Source: a virus. From it: a stretch of 40,198 bases of DNA. The notes under the pieces are model-generated. The model saw nothing but the letters and a program-made list of their open reading frames with translations. It had not been told where the DNA came from and did no database searches. The translations under genes and the position numbers were made by a program. The number at the start of each line of letters is the position of its first letter. Within the stretch, counting starts at the first letter, position 1. This document shows, piece by piece, positions 32,006 through 39,718 of this stretch. Location of the stretch: IMG/VR virus record IMGVR_UViG_3300045988_096677, positions 1 through 40,198 of that record, one strand, 5' to 3'.

Positions 32006-32254
32006 TTATGCGACCACCTTGGCGATAGCGTCCGCGATCTCCTGCATGGTCATGTGGCGGCGGGTGTTTGCCACGGTGACGATAGACTCGCTGTGGTACT
32101 CCGTCCAATCGTTGTCGCTCAGCTGGTAGACAGCCATCACTTCGCCGTCGGCGCGGTCGTAGCTGATCTGCACATAACCACGGTTGCAGTTGCAGGTCTC
32201 GCCGCTTGCCTTCTTCAGACCGTTCATATTCATACCGTACTTATTGACCTTCAT
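32006..32254 (-). CDS. Small protein (82 aa), unknown function
   Basis: Driven by copy A of the duplicated promoter/UTR, with SD ggaggc. No resemblance to the 74-aa cargo of copy B. Confidence 0.65.
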   Translation of the reverse strand: MKVNKYGMNMNGLKKASGETCNCNRGYVQISYDRADGEVMAVYQLSDNDWTEYHSESIVTVANTRRHMTMQEIADAIAKVVA

Positions 32255-32386
32255 AATTGTTGCCTCCGATTGTTTTGTGTTGTTGTTTTGCTTCCCTTGC
32301 TGTGACTATAGTATAGCACAAATACCGTATTTCGTCAAGCGTTTTTTTGCAAAAAAGCGGTGTTTTTGTAAAAAATTATTCTCAAC
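32252..32386 (-). repeat. Copy A of the duplicated promoter/5'UTR cassette
   Basis: See 31380-31510. The palindromes here read ttttttgcaaaaaa and tttttgtaaaaa. Confidence 0.85.
32310..32338 (-). promoter_or_regulatory. Near-consensus sigma-70 promoter TTGACG-N17-TGcTATACT (copy A)
   Basis: Minus strand: -35 at 32333-32338 and -10 at 32310-32315. Confidence 0.65.
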
Positions 32387-32464
32387 TTTGGCCGTCGTTG
32401 TACCATCGTTGTCTCTTGCTTCCACGGCGAGTGGTAGGATGGGGGTGCAAGGAGGGCGATTGAC

Positions 32465-33007
32465 ATGGCTCAGTATAACAACGGCTATTCTGCTCCTGCC
32501 GGTGCCGGAGCGTACACCCAGCCCGGAGCGCAATACTCCGGCGGAATGGGTGCAGTAGGTGCAACACCGCCTCTTTCTTGCGGTTACGGAGCGGCCAACG
32601 TGCCCCGCACGATGGGCTACCAGCAAGCCGCCCCGCAAGAAGTGCCTGTCGGGTTGCTGGGGCGTCCGGTTTCCAGCCGCGAGGAATTCTTGGCGATCCC
32701 GTCCGATCTGTATGGCCGGGGCATCTATTGTCCGGATCTGCGCAACGGCGTAATCTACTATAAGCGGCTCAACCCAGAAACCGGAGAGTCGGACATTGGG
32801 GAGTACTACAGCCCGCAGGCATGGCAGGCAATGCAGCAGGCACAAGCTGCGCAGCAAGCCCAGAGGATGCAGGCTGCTGCACCTGTGCAGGATTACGTCC
32901 TCAAGGCAGACTATAACGAGCTTGTCCAGCGCGTCAACGAGCTGGACGAACGGTTGCAAAAGCCCACCAAGACCATCCCGGCGGGCAAGAAAGGAGAAGC
33001 AGTATGA
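32465..33007 (+). CDS. Cargo operon gene 1: protein with a G/A/Q/Y/P-rich N-terminus and Q/A-rich coiled C-terminus (180 aa)
   Basis: SD aaggaggg upstream. Track ORF. Confidence 0.7.
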   Translation: MAQYNNGYSAPAGAGAYTQPGAQYSGGMGAVGATPPLSCGYGAANVPRTMGYQQAAPQEVPVGLLGRPVSSREEFLAIPSDLYGRGIYCPDLRNGVIYYKRLNPETGESDIGEYYSPQAWQAMQQAQAAQQAQRMQAAAPVQDYVLKADYNELVQRVNELDERLQKPTKTIPAGKKGEAV

Positions 33008-33258
33008 CACAGTCACCGCTTGATATGCTGACTCACAGCCCGATCATGCAGCTGGCGAATCTTGCCCGTGTCGGCCAGAACCCCATGGCACTGATCCAGC
33101 AGCTGAGCGGACAGAGTGCCCCCATTATGCAGGGCTACAACCTGATACAGGGCAAGAGCGAGGCCCAGCTCCGAAATATGGCTCAGAATCTAGCCCGGGA
33201 GCGCGGCATAGATCTCAATCAATTGGCGTCGGCACTCAATCTGACGCTCCCGAAATAA
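33004..33258 (+). CDS. Cargo operon gene 2: small helical Q-rich protein (84 aa)
   Basis: ATGA-coupled to gene 1, with SD aaaggagaag. Confidence 0.65.
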   Translation: MTQSPLDMLTHSPIMQLANLARVGQNPMALIQQLSGQSAPIMQGYNLIQGKSEAQLRNMAQNLARERGIDLNQLASALNLTLPK

Positions 33259-33367
33259 CACAATACCCCCTCAGTTTTGCGGGTCTTGACGAAAACCGCC
33301 TGACAACGGCTTCGCCCGTCGCATCCGGCGACGGGATAGCAATATCGCAAAACTAAGGAGGCTTAGT

Positions 33368-34249
33368 ATGGACGATTTCGCAACCGGCTATCTTGCAGGG
33401 CAGGACGGCGGCAATAACAACAGCGGTGGCTTTTTCGGCAACGAGGGGCTGTGGGCGGTGATTATCCTTGCCATCATCTTTGGCTGGGGCAACTACGGTA
33501 ACGGGCGCAACGGCGGCGACAACGGAATGGCAAACTACATTCCGTATCTTGTGGGCACCGGAGCAAGCGGTCAGGGCGGCGCAGACACCCGCGCGGCACT
33601 GTCTGAGGGCTTCTACCAGCAGGACACCTCCCGCTCTCTGGCTGGCATCCAGAGCGGTATCTGCTCTCTGGGCTATGACCAGTTAGCGCAGATGAACGGC
33701 ATCAACGCCAACATTTCCAGCGGTTTCGCGGGCGTGAACAGTGCCATCTGTCAGCTGGGCTATCAGAACGCACAGCTGGTCAACGGCCTCGAGCGCAGTG
33801 TCGCCAACGGCGATAATGCGATCACGCTGGCTCTGATGCAGGAAGGCAACGCGCGGCAGGCTGGCCAGACGGCCATCCAGACCCAGATCGCAAGTTGCTG
33901 CTGCGACAACAAGCAGCTCATCGGCGACCTGCGCTACACCATCGCGCAGGAAGATTGTGCCACCCGGCAGGCCATTTCTGATACCGGACGCGCCATCATG
34001 GACAACTGCAACGCCAACTATCGCAGTCTGATGGACTATTTTGTGCAGGACAAGATCGCCAGCCTGACCGCGGAAAATCAGACGCTCAAGTTCGCGGCCT
34101 CCCAGCAGGCTCAGAACACCCTGCTGACCAATGCGATGGCTCAGCAGACCGACGTGCTGATGACTCGGCTCAACCCGCGCGCACAGCCTGCCTACGTTGT
34201 ACCCAATCCCAACGCGGCCACCAACTGCTGCGGGAATCCGTGCTACTAA
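33368..34249 (+). CDS. Cargo operon gene 3: membrane-anchored Gly/Asn-rich, Q-rich, Cys-rich protein (293 aa)
   Basis: SD taaggagg. TM segment LWAVIILAIIFGW flanked by GGNNNSGGFFGN and GNYGNGRNGGDNG. Internal duplicated motif S-x-IC-x-LGY-x3-Q-x2-NG. CCC cluster and C-terminal NCCGNPCY. Confidence 0.75.
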   Translation: MDDFATGYLAGQDGGNNNSGGFFGNEGLWAVIILAIIFGWGNYGNGRNGGDNGMANYIPYLVGTGASGQGGADTRAALSEGFYQQDTSRSLAGIQSGICSLGYDQLAQMNGINANISSGFAGVNSAICQLGYQNAQLVNGLERSVANGDNAITLALMQEGNARQAGQTAIQTQIASCCCDNKQLIGDLRYTIAQEDCATRQAISDTGRAIMDNCNANYRSLMDYFVQDKIASLTAENQTLKFAASQQAQNTLLTNAMAQQTDVLMTRLNPRAQPAYVVPNPNAATNCCGNPCY

Positions 34250-34337
34250 GGACAGTTTGACTCCCCGATAACACCGGGTGATTTATCGGGGCAGCGGCAG
34301 AATGCCGCTGCCCTTGATTGTTAAGGAGGACTATACT

Positions 34338-34715
34338 ATGGCTTGTGCAACAAGCTGCAAACTCTGCCGCCGGTTAGTCGTAAGCACGGCGGTCAATTAT
34401 GACAGCACCAATAACCAGCTCATCATCGCACTCCCGGCGGGCGCATACGCCAACGGCGAGAAATACTGCATCGTCGTGGCTCAGTCTATCCCGGAGTCTA
34501 CCACGATCAACGCCGCAGTCGTCATCACGGTGGGCGACGGCGCGACCCGCTACCCTTTGACGGACAACACCTGCGCACAGGCGACCGCTGAGTGCATCCG
34601 GACGCGGACACGTTACGCCACCCGCGTGGCAACGTCGGCCGCCGGCACGGGAACGTTCAAGTTTTTGGGCTGTTTTTGCCGCTCCCATGTGTCTGCTCCG
34701 GCAGCGATCTCGTAA
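34338..34715 (+). CDS. Cargo operon gene 4: Cys-rich beta-rich small protein (125 aa)
   Basis: SD taaggagga 7 nt upstream of ATG 34338. In frame with track ORF 34278..34715. MACATSCKLCRR at the N-terminus and LGCFCRSH near the C-terminus. Confidence 0.7.
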   Translation: MACATSCKLCRRLVVSTAVNYDSTNNQLIIALPAGAYANGEKYCIVVAQSIPESTTINAAVVITVGDGATRYPLTDNTCAQATAECIRTRTRYATRVATSAAGTGTFKFLGCFCRSHVSAPAAIS

Positions 34716-34728
34716 GGAGGTGTGATCT

Positions 34729-35373
34729 ATGAGCAAGCGTGACACGATCCGCATGATGATGCTGCGAGACCACAGCAACACCCCGAAATATGACCCGGCC
34801 GAAGCTGAGCGCGAGCGCAAAGAGCGTGATCTCGAGCGTCGCCTGCGTCGGCTGGAAGAGGGAGAGCGAGAACCTCGCCGCTCGTGGGAGATCCGGGAAA
34901 ACAACCGGTACATTGACCCCGACCATACTCCCCGCTATCCGGACGCGGACAACTACGACCGCCGTATGCCTCGCATCGGCTTTTCACAGGGAGACGACTG
35001 GGAACGCACCCGCGGCCAGTATGAGCACGGTGGCGCGGCCAGCCGGACGGTCAAAATGCCCCGCCAGCACTTGACACACGATGAGGCCAAGGAGTGGACG
35101 GAGCACATGGCCAATGCCGACGGCACCACCGGCGCACATTGGCCGTATGAGCAGGCCGTCCAGCTTATGACTCAGCGCGGCCTTGACTGCAACAAGGACG
35201 ATTTTTGGGCGGTGCTCAACATGATGTACAGCGATTATAGCAAGGTCGCCAAGTCGTACAGCGTGGATAACCCCAATTTTTACGCCGACATGACCGCCGC
35301 GTTTTTGCGCGACCAAGACGCAGTTGACGGCAAGGCGGCTGTCTATTGGGAGTGCATCGCGGACGCAGACTGA
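34729..35373 (+). CDS. Cargo operon gene 5: protein with a highly charged R/E-rich N-terminal half and a conserved-looking C-terminal domain (214 aa)
   Basis: SD taaggaggtg. C-terminal NADGTTGAHWPYEQ...NMMYSDYSKVAK...FYADM...FLRDQDA. Confidence 0.7.
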   Translation: MSKRDTIRMMMLRDHSNTPKYDPAEAERERKERDLERRLRRLEEGEREPRRSWEIRENNRYIDPDHTPRYPDADNYDRRMPRIGFSQGDDWERTRGQYEHGGAASRTVKMPRQHLTHDEAKEWTEHMANADGTTGAHWPYEQAVQLMTQRGLDCNKDDFWAVLNMMYSDYSKVAKSYSVDNPNFYADMTAAFLRDQDAVDGKAAVYWECIADAD

Positions 35374-35464
35374 TCTACTACTACCCGACTACTACTTTTT
35401 GCACGCAAAAACCCGTTAGTATATGCGCGTACGCGGCACTAACAGCAACCGGGAAGCGACAAGA

Positions 35465-35507
35465 AAACCCGCATGACTGCTGGAACATCCAGTAATCATG
35501 CGGGTTT
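35465..35507. terminator. Bidirectional rho-independent terminator
   Basis: 12-bp stem aaacccgcatga/tcatgcgggttt with an inner ctgga/tccag stem. T tracts on both sides. Confidence 0.7.
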
Positions 35508-35516
35508 CTTTCAAGT

Positions 35517-35537
35517 TGCGCCAGCAGGAGTCGAACC
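35517..35537 (-). mobile_element. Candidate attP core: copy of a tRNA 3' end (T loop, T stem 3' strand, acceptor 3' strand)
   Basis: The minus strand reads GGTTCGACTCCTGCTGGCGCA, but the matching T-stem 5' strand is absent, so it is not a whole tRNA. Lies 52 nt downstream of the integrase stop. Confidence 0.6.
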
Positions 35538-35588
35538 TTTTTCGGGGCGCGTTGAATCGTTGATTATCATGATTATACTACTTTCGCA

Positions 35589-36740
35589 CTACTTTTCGCG
35601 TTTGGGGTCATTCTCGGCATAGTAAGCAATCATCTTTTGGGTGGCGTCCTTGAGCTTACGCTCCCGGATGTGGGTGTAGATCTTGTAGGTTGTCGCTATG
35701 TCGGAGTGACCCATAATCTTTTTGGCCTCTAACACGCCCACACCGGCGTCGTAGAGGTCAGACGCGAACGAGTGCCGGAATTGGTGCGCGGTAACGGTCG
35801 GCTCCATGACCGGCGGAAGAGGATTGACGGCTGCTTTTGCGCCACGCCGCTTGTCTCTGTATCGGGTCTTGCTCTCACTTGGGCGCACAAGCCCCAGTGA
35901 CGTGCAGTATTGGAGCCACCGGCTGTGGTATTCGGCATCTGTCAAGGGTCTTGTCAGCCCACCGATGATATAGACTTTCGGCGCGGCTTTCAGCGGCTCG
36001 AGCAGCTGCTTGAGGTGTGGCAGCAGGGGGATGGTGCGGACTCCGTTGGATGTTTTGGGCGTCTGTATCCGCGTTCCGCCGCCAGCCCAAGAAACATTCT
36101 TAGTTATGTATATTTTGTCGGCCTGAAAGTCGATGTCATCCCATTGCAGGGCGATGAGCTCACCCAAGCGGCAACCGGTGTACATGAGCATCCATGCGCA
36201 CAGCCCAAAGCCTTCCGGGTGCGCACGGAACACCGCAAGCTCTCTGTCGGTGGGCGGCTCACGCTCCACGGCGGGTTTCCCGGCGGGTGCGGAAACATCC
36301 TGCATCGGGTTATAAGAGGATCCGCTGTCCAGCCGCCAGAATTTCAGGATTCCCCGCAGCACGCTCATTCCGTTGCGGATGGTGCTGGTCGAAAGCCCCT
36401 CATCCTTGAGACGCTGACCAAAATTGGCGACCATTGCGGGCGTTATTTCGTCCATGTGCTTCCCCGCAAAGTACGCCACGCACCGCTCATAATTGGACTT
36501 GTAGGTACTATCTGTGCCCGGCTTGATGCGCCCCAGAAGCTTCTCCCAATATTTCGCGGAAACGGTCTCGAAAAGATCCGCAGCTGCCTGCTCTTCCTGC
36601 TTCTGCCGCAGAGCCTCAATATATTTCCCCTCCGCCTCGGTCTTGGTGTGGCCATAGAAGACCTTATATTTGCCGTCGGGCATCTTGCGCTTGCATTGAT
36701 ACAGGCCGTCAGCGCGCTGGCCTTTTTTGGGTCTTGGCAT
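35589..36740 (-). CDS. int: Tyrosine recombinase / phage integrase (383 aa)
   Basis: Start at 36740 (MPRPKKGQRADGLYQCK...) is preferred. C-terminal catalytic signatures HQFRHSFAS and MGHSDIATTYKIYTH. N-terminal SAM-like domain. Confidence 0.9.
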   Translation of the reverse strand: MPRPKKGQRADGLYQCKRKMPDGKYKVFYGHTKTEAEGKYIEALRQKQEEQAAADLFETVSAKYWEKLLGRIKPGTDSTYKSNYERCVAYFAGKHMDEITPAMVANFGQRLKDEGLSTSTIRNGMSVLRGILKFWRLDSGSSYNPMQDVSAPAGKPAVEREPPTDRELAVFRAHPEGFGLCAWMLMYTGCRLGELIALQWDDIDFQADKIYITKNVSWAGGGTRIQTPKTSNGVRTIPLLPHLKQLLEPLKAAPKVYIIGGLTRPLTDAEYHSRWLQYCTSLGLVRPSESKTRYRDKRRGAKAAVNPLPPVMEPTVTAHQFRHSFASDLYDAGVGVLEAKKIMGHSDIATTYKIYTHIRERKLKDATQKMIAYYAENDPKREK

Positions 36741-37329
36741 TTTCCACGTCCTCCTTGTTGATGGAGTAGCTGCCCGCCTGCTTGCCAATTGCGGCCTCTC
36801 CGCAGTCTCGAGCCTGATACAGGATGTCCATGATGGGATGCACGCCGTTGATATCGGGGTCGATGTGCATCATCTGGCACAGCTCGTAATACTTGATGAC
36901 CATATTGACGATCACGACGCGATCCCGGAGCAGGGTGTGCAGGTTGGCCAGCATCTCGGTGATGACGCCCACCGGATCGGAGCCGTGGTCGCCGTAATAC
37001 AGGTAGCACCACGCGTCCACCTCGTAGGGTGACATTTCGTCCACGAGTTTATGCAGGACCTGCCGTTTTTCGGCGTCGGTCGGGCTGTCGTTCAGCCGCT
37101 CGAGCAGCCCGGGGTGAACGCAAGCGTCTGTATAACGTTTTGCGGCCACGCCACAGCAGACGCACCACTTGATAAGATCATCCAGCGTCGTTGACACGAG
37201 CCCTTGCTCCCGGTTGGCAATGGCCGTCTTACTAACTCCCATCTTTCGGGCAAGCCGCTCTTGGCTGAGGCCGCTTTTTGCGCGGGCAATTGCCAACACT
37301 TCCGCTACCCGACGTCTGTATTCATCCAT
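36709..37329 (-). CDS. XRE-family HTH regulator with a ~140-aa C-terminal domain (206 aa)
   Basis: AKSGLSQERLARKMGVSKTAIANREQG is HTH_3-like. Overlaps the int start. Divergent from the small + operon at 37468. Confidence 0.7.
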   Translation of the reverse strand: MDEYRRRVAEVLAIARAKSGLSQERLARKMGVSKTAIANREQGLVSTTLDDLIKWCVCCGVAAKRYTDACVHPGLLERLNDSPTDAEKRQVLHKLVDEMSPYEVDAWCYLYYGDHGSDPVGVITEMLANLHTLLRDRVVIVNMVIKYYELCQMMHIDPDINGVHPIMDILYQARDCGEAAIGKQAGSYSINKEDVENAKTQKRPAR

Positions 37330-37467
37330 TTCTTTGCTCCTTTCCTGCTGTTTTTGCCGGTTTGCACGATATGCTTTCCAATTCGACCAAAAATTGGAAC
37401 TAGATTCTGTTCCGTCAATTGTGCTATAACAGAAACATCAAAAACAATCGACAGGAGGTTGAATTGT

Positions 37468-37581
37468 ATGTATGACAACGGAAATTTCCCGGCGGTGCCG
37501 GACGATATGCAGATCATCGACGGTATGCCCGCATCCAGACCGCAAAGCCCGAACCGCACCCGCAACCCTTGGGAGGACTGA
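37468..37581 (+). CDS. Small ORF (37 aa)
   Basis: SD aggagg 8 nt upstream. In frame with track ORF 37204..37581. Confidence 0.4.
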   Translation: MYDNGNFPAVPDDMQIIDGMPASRPQSPNRTRNPWED

Positions 37582-37583
37582 CC

Positions 37584-37814
37584 ATGGCTAAGATCGCCGA
37601 AAAGATGCTCTATGACTTTTCCCGGCAGACCGCGCTGAAGCTGGTCTATCACCTTTCGCGGGCTGGATCGGACGGATCCGCGTATGAGGTGGCCGAGCAG
37701 ATCCTCGAGCAGGCCGTCAAGGATGTTGCGTCCGGCCGCAACCCCGGCGACCGGGTGCGCTGCGTCAATGGCCGTATTATTCCCACCGATTCCACCGGCG
37801 ATTGCCGGGGATAA
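37584..37814 (+). CDS. Hypothetical protein (76 aa)
   Basis: SD gggagg upstream of ATG 37584. Confidence 0.55.
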   Translation: MAKIAEKMLYDFSRQTALKLVYHLSRAGSDGSAYEVAEQILEQAVKDVASGRNPGDRVRCVNGRIIPTDSTGDCRG

Positions 37815-37835
37815 AACTGATTGGAGGTACTGCAC

Positions 37836-38084
37836 ATGGATTACCAAGAAATTTTTGCGAACGCCGCCGAAAACCACAAGCGTGCGCTTGCCGATGCAAC
37901 AAATTGGCTCAAGCAGTTGGAGACCAACGGCGCAAGCGTTACCGATCTCAACGCCCGGATCGAAATTTTGCAGGCAGTTGCCCGCAAGCTGTCCACTGAG
38001 GCAAAAGTTGATCTGAGTACGGTCGATGTTGAGCAGGCATACAGAGATGCTCATCCCTTTTGCACATCTAATTTCGGATTTTGA
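37836..38084 (+). CDS. Hypothetical protein (82 aa)
   Basis: SD ggaggt upstream of ATG 37836. Confidence 0.55.
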   Translation: MDYQEIFANAAENHKRALADATNWLKQLETNGASVTDLNARIEILQAVARKLSTEAKVDLSTVDVEQAYRDAHPFCTSNFGF

Positions 38085-38151
38085 AAAATCTCAGAATCCA
38101 TGGCCGATTGTCCTTTTGGGCTTGATTTTTGGCCTGCCTGAATAATAACTT

Positions 38152-38185
38152 CCCCCGTCGTCTCTCCGGCGGCGGGGGATGCTTT
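38152..38185 (+). terminator. Terminator hairpin CCCCCGTCG/CGGCGGGGG plus T tract
   Basis: tcccccgtcgtctctccggcggcgggggatgcttttt. Confidence 0.6.
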
Positions 38186-38197
38186 TTGAGGTTTCAG

Positions 38198-38219
38198 GTG
38201 TCCACAGTGGACACTTTTT
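38198..38219 (+). terminator. Terminator hairpin GTGTCCACAGTGGACAC plus TTTTT
   Basis: Perfect 8-bp palindrome arms followed by five T. Same palindrome family as 10674 and 18731. Confidence 0.6.
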
Positions 38220-38710
38220 CAGGATCCCCGGCGGGGTGAGTTATCGAAACTTTCAAAGTTTTCGATTGCAGAGCTTGAGTTTTCATTCTTTTCTTCAAAA
38301 ATTTCGTTGTTTTGCTCTTCGATTTTGCGTCTCTTTTCGTCTTTTTTGATTTTCCACCACGCAACTCCTGTTATAATTGCAAAAATAACAACCGCCGTAA
38401 GAATTGGACTGAATGCGAAGCTGAAAAGAAGAACCAGAATAATGGCAAATACAGCCGTTGATACCCCGACGAACAGGAAAAACGTAGAAATTATGCCGAC
38501 TAGACAACCGGGCGAATTGCTTTTGGAAGTTTCCCGGCGGGTGGTTTTGGAATAATTCTTTGAGATTCGGCTTGCAGTTCTTGCGCTCTTTCTAATTTCT
38601 CGATCAATTTTGTCCATTGTTCGAGTAAGGTCGCTTTTCTTTCGTCTTCGCCTTTCTTTTTGCTCGTAGAGCGAATAAGGTTTGCTTCTTCTTGCCATTT
38701 TTTCCATCAA
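38219..38710 (-). CDS. Membrane protein with a basic N-terminus, two or three TM segments and an acidic C-terminus (163 aa)
   Basis: LVGIISTFFLFVGVSTAVFAIILVLLFSFAFSPILTAVVIFAIITGVAWW. Visibly AT-rich. Coupled to the upstream gene stop. Confidence 0.65.
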   Translation of the reverse strand: MMEKMARRSKPYSLYEQKERRRRKKSDLTRTMDKIDREIRKSARTASRISKNYSKTTRRETSKSNSPGCLVGIISTFFLFVGVSTAVFAIILVLLFSFAFSPILTAVVIFAIITGVAWWKIKKDEKRRKIEEQNNEIFEEKNENSSSAIENFESFDNSPRRGS

Positions 38711-39528
38711 TTCCTCAATGCTTTTTCGCGGACTTCCGGGGTGGCGGCCTTGAGCAGATCATAGAGATTGATGATATCCGTCACAGCCTGCCGATCCTGC
38801 GGCGTCCATGTGTAATCGTATTGATTGTAATCCACACCGTTGAAACGCATGATGATCGTCTGTGCGCTCAAGAGGTTGCGCAGCCAGTCCACCTCGCTGT
38901 CTTCCATGACGAACGAAGCAATGGCAAACCACCGGCCTAATTTCTTGTCATAACCGTAATCGGAATTATCATACCCGCAGGTGTAGGTATACTTATAATC
39001 GCCGCCACGAAGAACGATGGTATCAATATCCAGCTTTTCGGTGCCGAAATAGGTGAAATCCTCATCGAATGCCAGATAATCCCCATTGTCCGCAATGTAT
39101 AATTCCGGTCCCATTCCACAGGTCAGACGCTTATCAATGCTTTCGTAATGCGGCGTCTTAATCATCCAGTCGTCCTCGACGGCGTCATACTCAACGATGC
39201 ACTTTGCCAGCGCGTCCTTGATCCCGAGGATCTGCTGGGCTTCTGCCAGCACCGCAAAATTGCTGACCGCTGCCTTGCCTGTATCATCGAGCTGATTATA
39301 AGCATCCAGCGCAGCGACAATGGCCGGGCGGCTGTCACGGGTGACGGTGCCGATCTGCCCGATCAGAGCCTCCACCTGCTCCGGCGTGGCCGCGTTGATC
39401 TCCTCGATCTGGCCGAGAACGGTATACCCGGCGGGGTTGACGGCCAGCGCGGGCAACGCACCACCGGATACCACCGCCGCGAGGCAGACTGCCGCGGCCA
39501 ATCTTTGACCATTTTTTACAATTTTCAT
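38707..39528 (-). CDS. Secreted protein with an N-terminal signal peptide (273 aa)
   Basis: Start at 39528 (MKIVKNGQRLAAAVCLAAVVSGGALPALA-VN), with SD agagga. The longer 39564 start lacks an SD. Confidence 0.7.
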   Translation of the reverse strand: MKIVKNGQRLAAAVCLAAVVSGGALPALAVNPAGYTVLGQIEEINAATPEQVEALIGQIGTVTRDSRPAIVAALDAYNQLDDTGKAAVSNFAVLAEAQQILGIKDALAKCIVEYDAVEDDWMIKTPHYESIDKRLTCGMGPELYIADNGDYLAFDEDFTYFGTEKLDIDTIVLRGGDYKYTYTCGYDNSDYGYDKKLGRWFAIASFVMEDSEVDWLRNLLSAQTIIMRFNGVDYNQYDYTWTPQDRQAVTDIINLYDLLKAATPEVREKALRN

Positions 39529-39612
39529 TGCGGATTCCTCTTTTCCTCTTGATTTTGTTTGCATTCAGTTGTAATATTGAGATGCAAAATACAACTAAAA
39601 GGAGTGTTTCAA

Positions 39613-39717
39613 ATGACGAACGACGAAATTATTGCTATCCTTCGAGAGCACCCGGAGCTGATCCCTGAGGTACTGACGATTTTGACGAAACGCAAAGCAT
39701 CGTCGTCCGCTGCTTGA
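39613..39717 (+). CDS. Candidate small ORF (34 aa) convergent with the CI-like gene
   Basis: SD aaaggag 8 nt upstream. My own translation: MTNDEIIAILREHPELIPEVLTILTKRKASSSAA. Confidence 0.25.
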   Translation: MTNDEIIAILREHPELIPEVLTILTKRKASSSAA

Positions 39718-39718
39718 A

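Noticed and set aside
31467-32129. 220-aa + ORF (also 32306..33016 minus, 30978..31433 plus, and 29911..30374 plus ORFs) in the accessory region.
   Set aside because: They are antisense to ORFs with SDs, promoters and recognisable domains (RHH, AP2), and their translations are low-complexity and hydrophobic or Arg-rich.
35910-36761. 283-aa + ORF opposite the integrase, and the 249-aa minus ORF 37305..38054 opposite the three small + genes.
   Set aside because: The integrase has unambiguous catalytic motifs. The small + genes each have GGAGG SDs, while the long antisense ORF has none and reads as junk.
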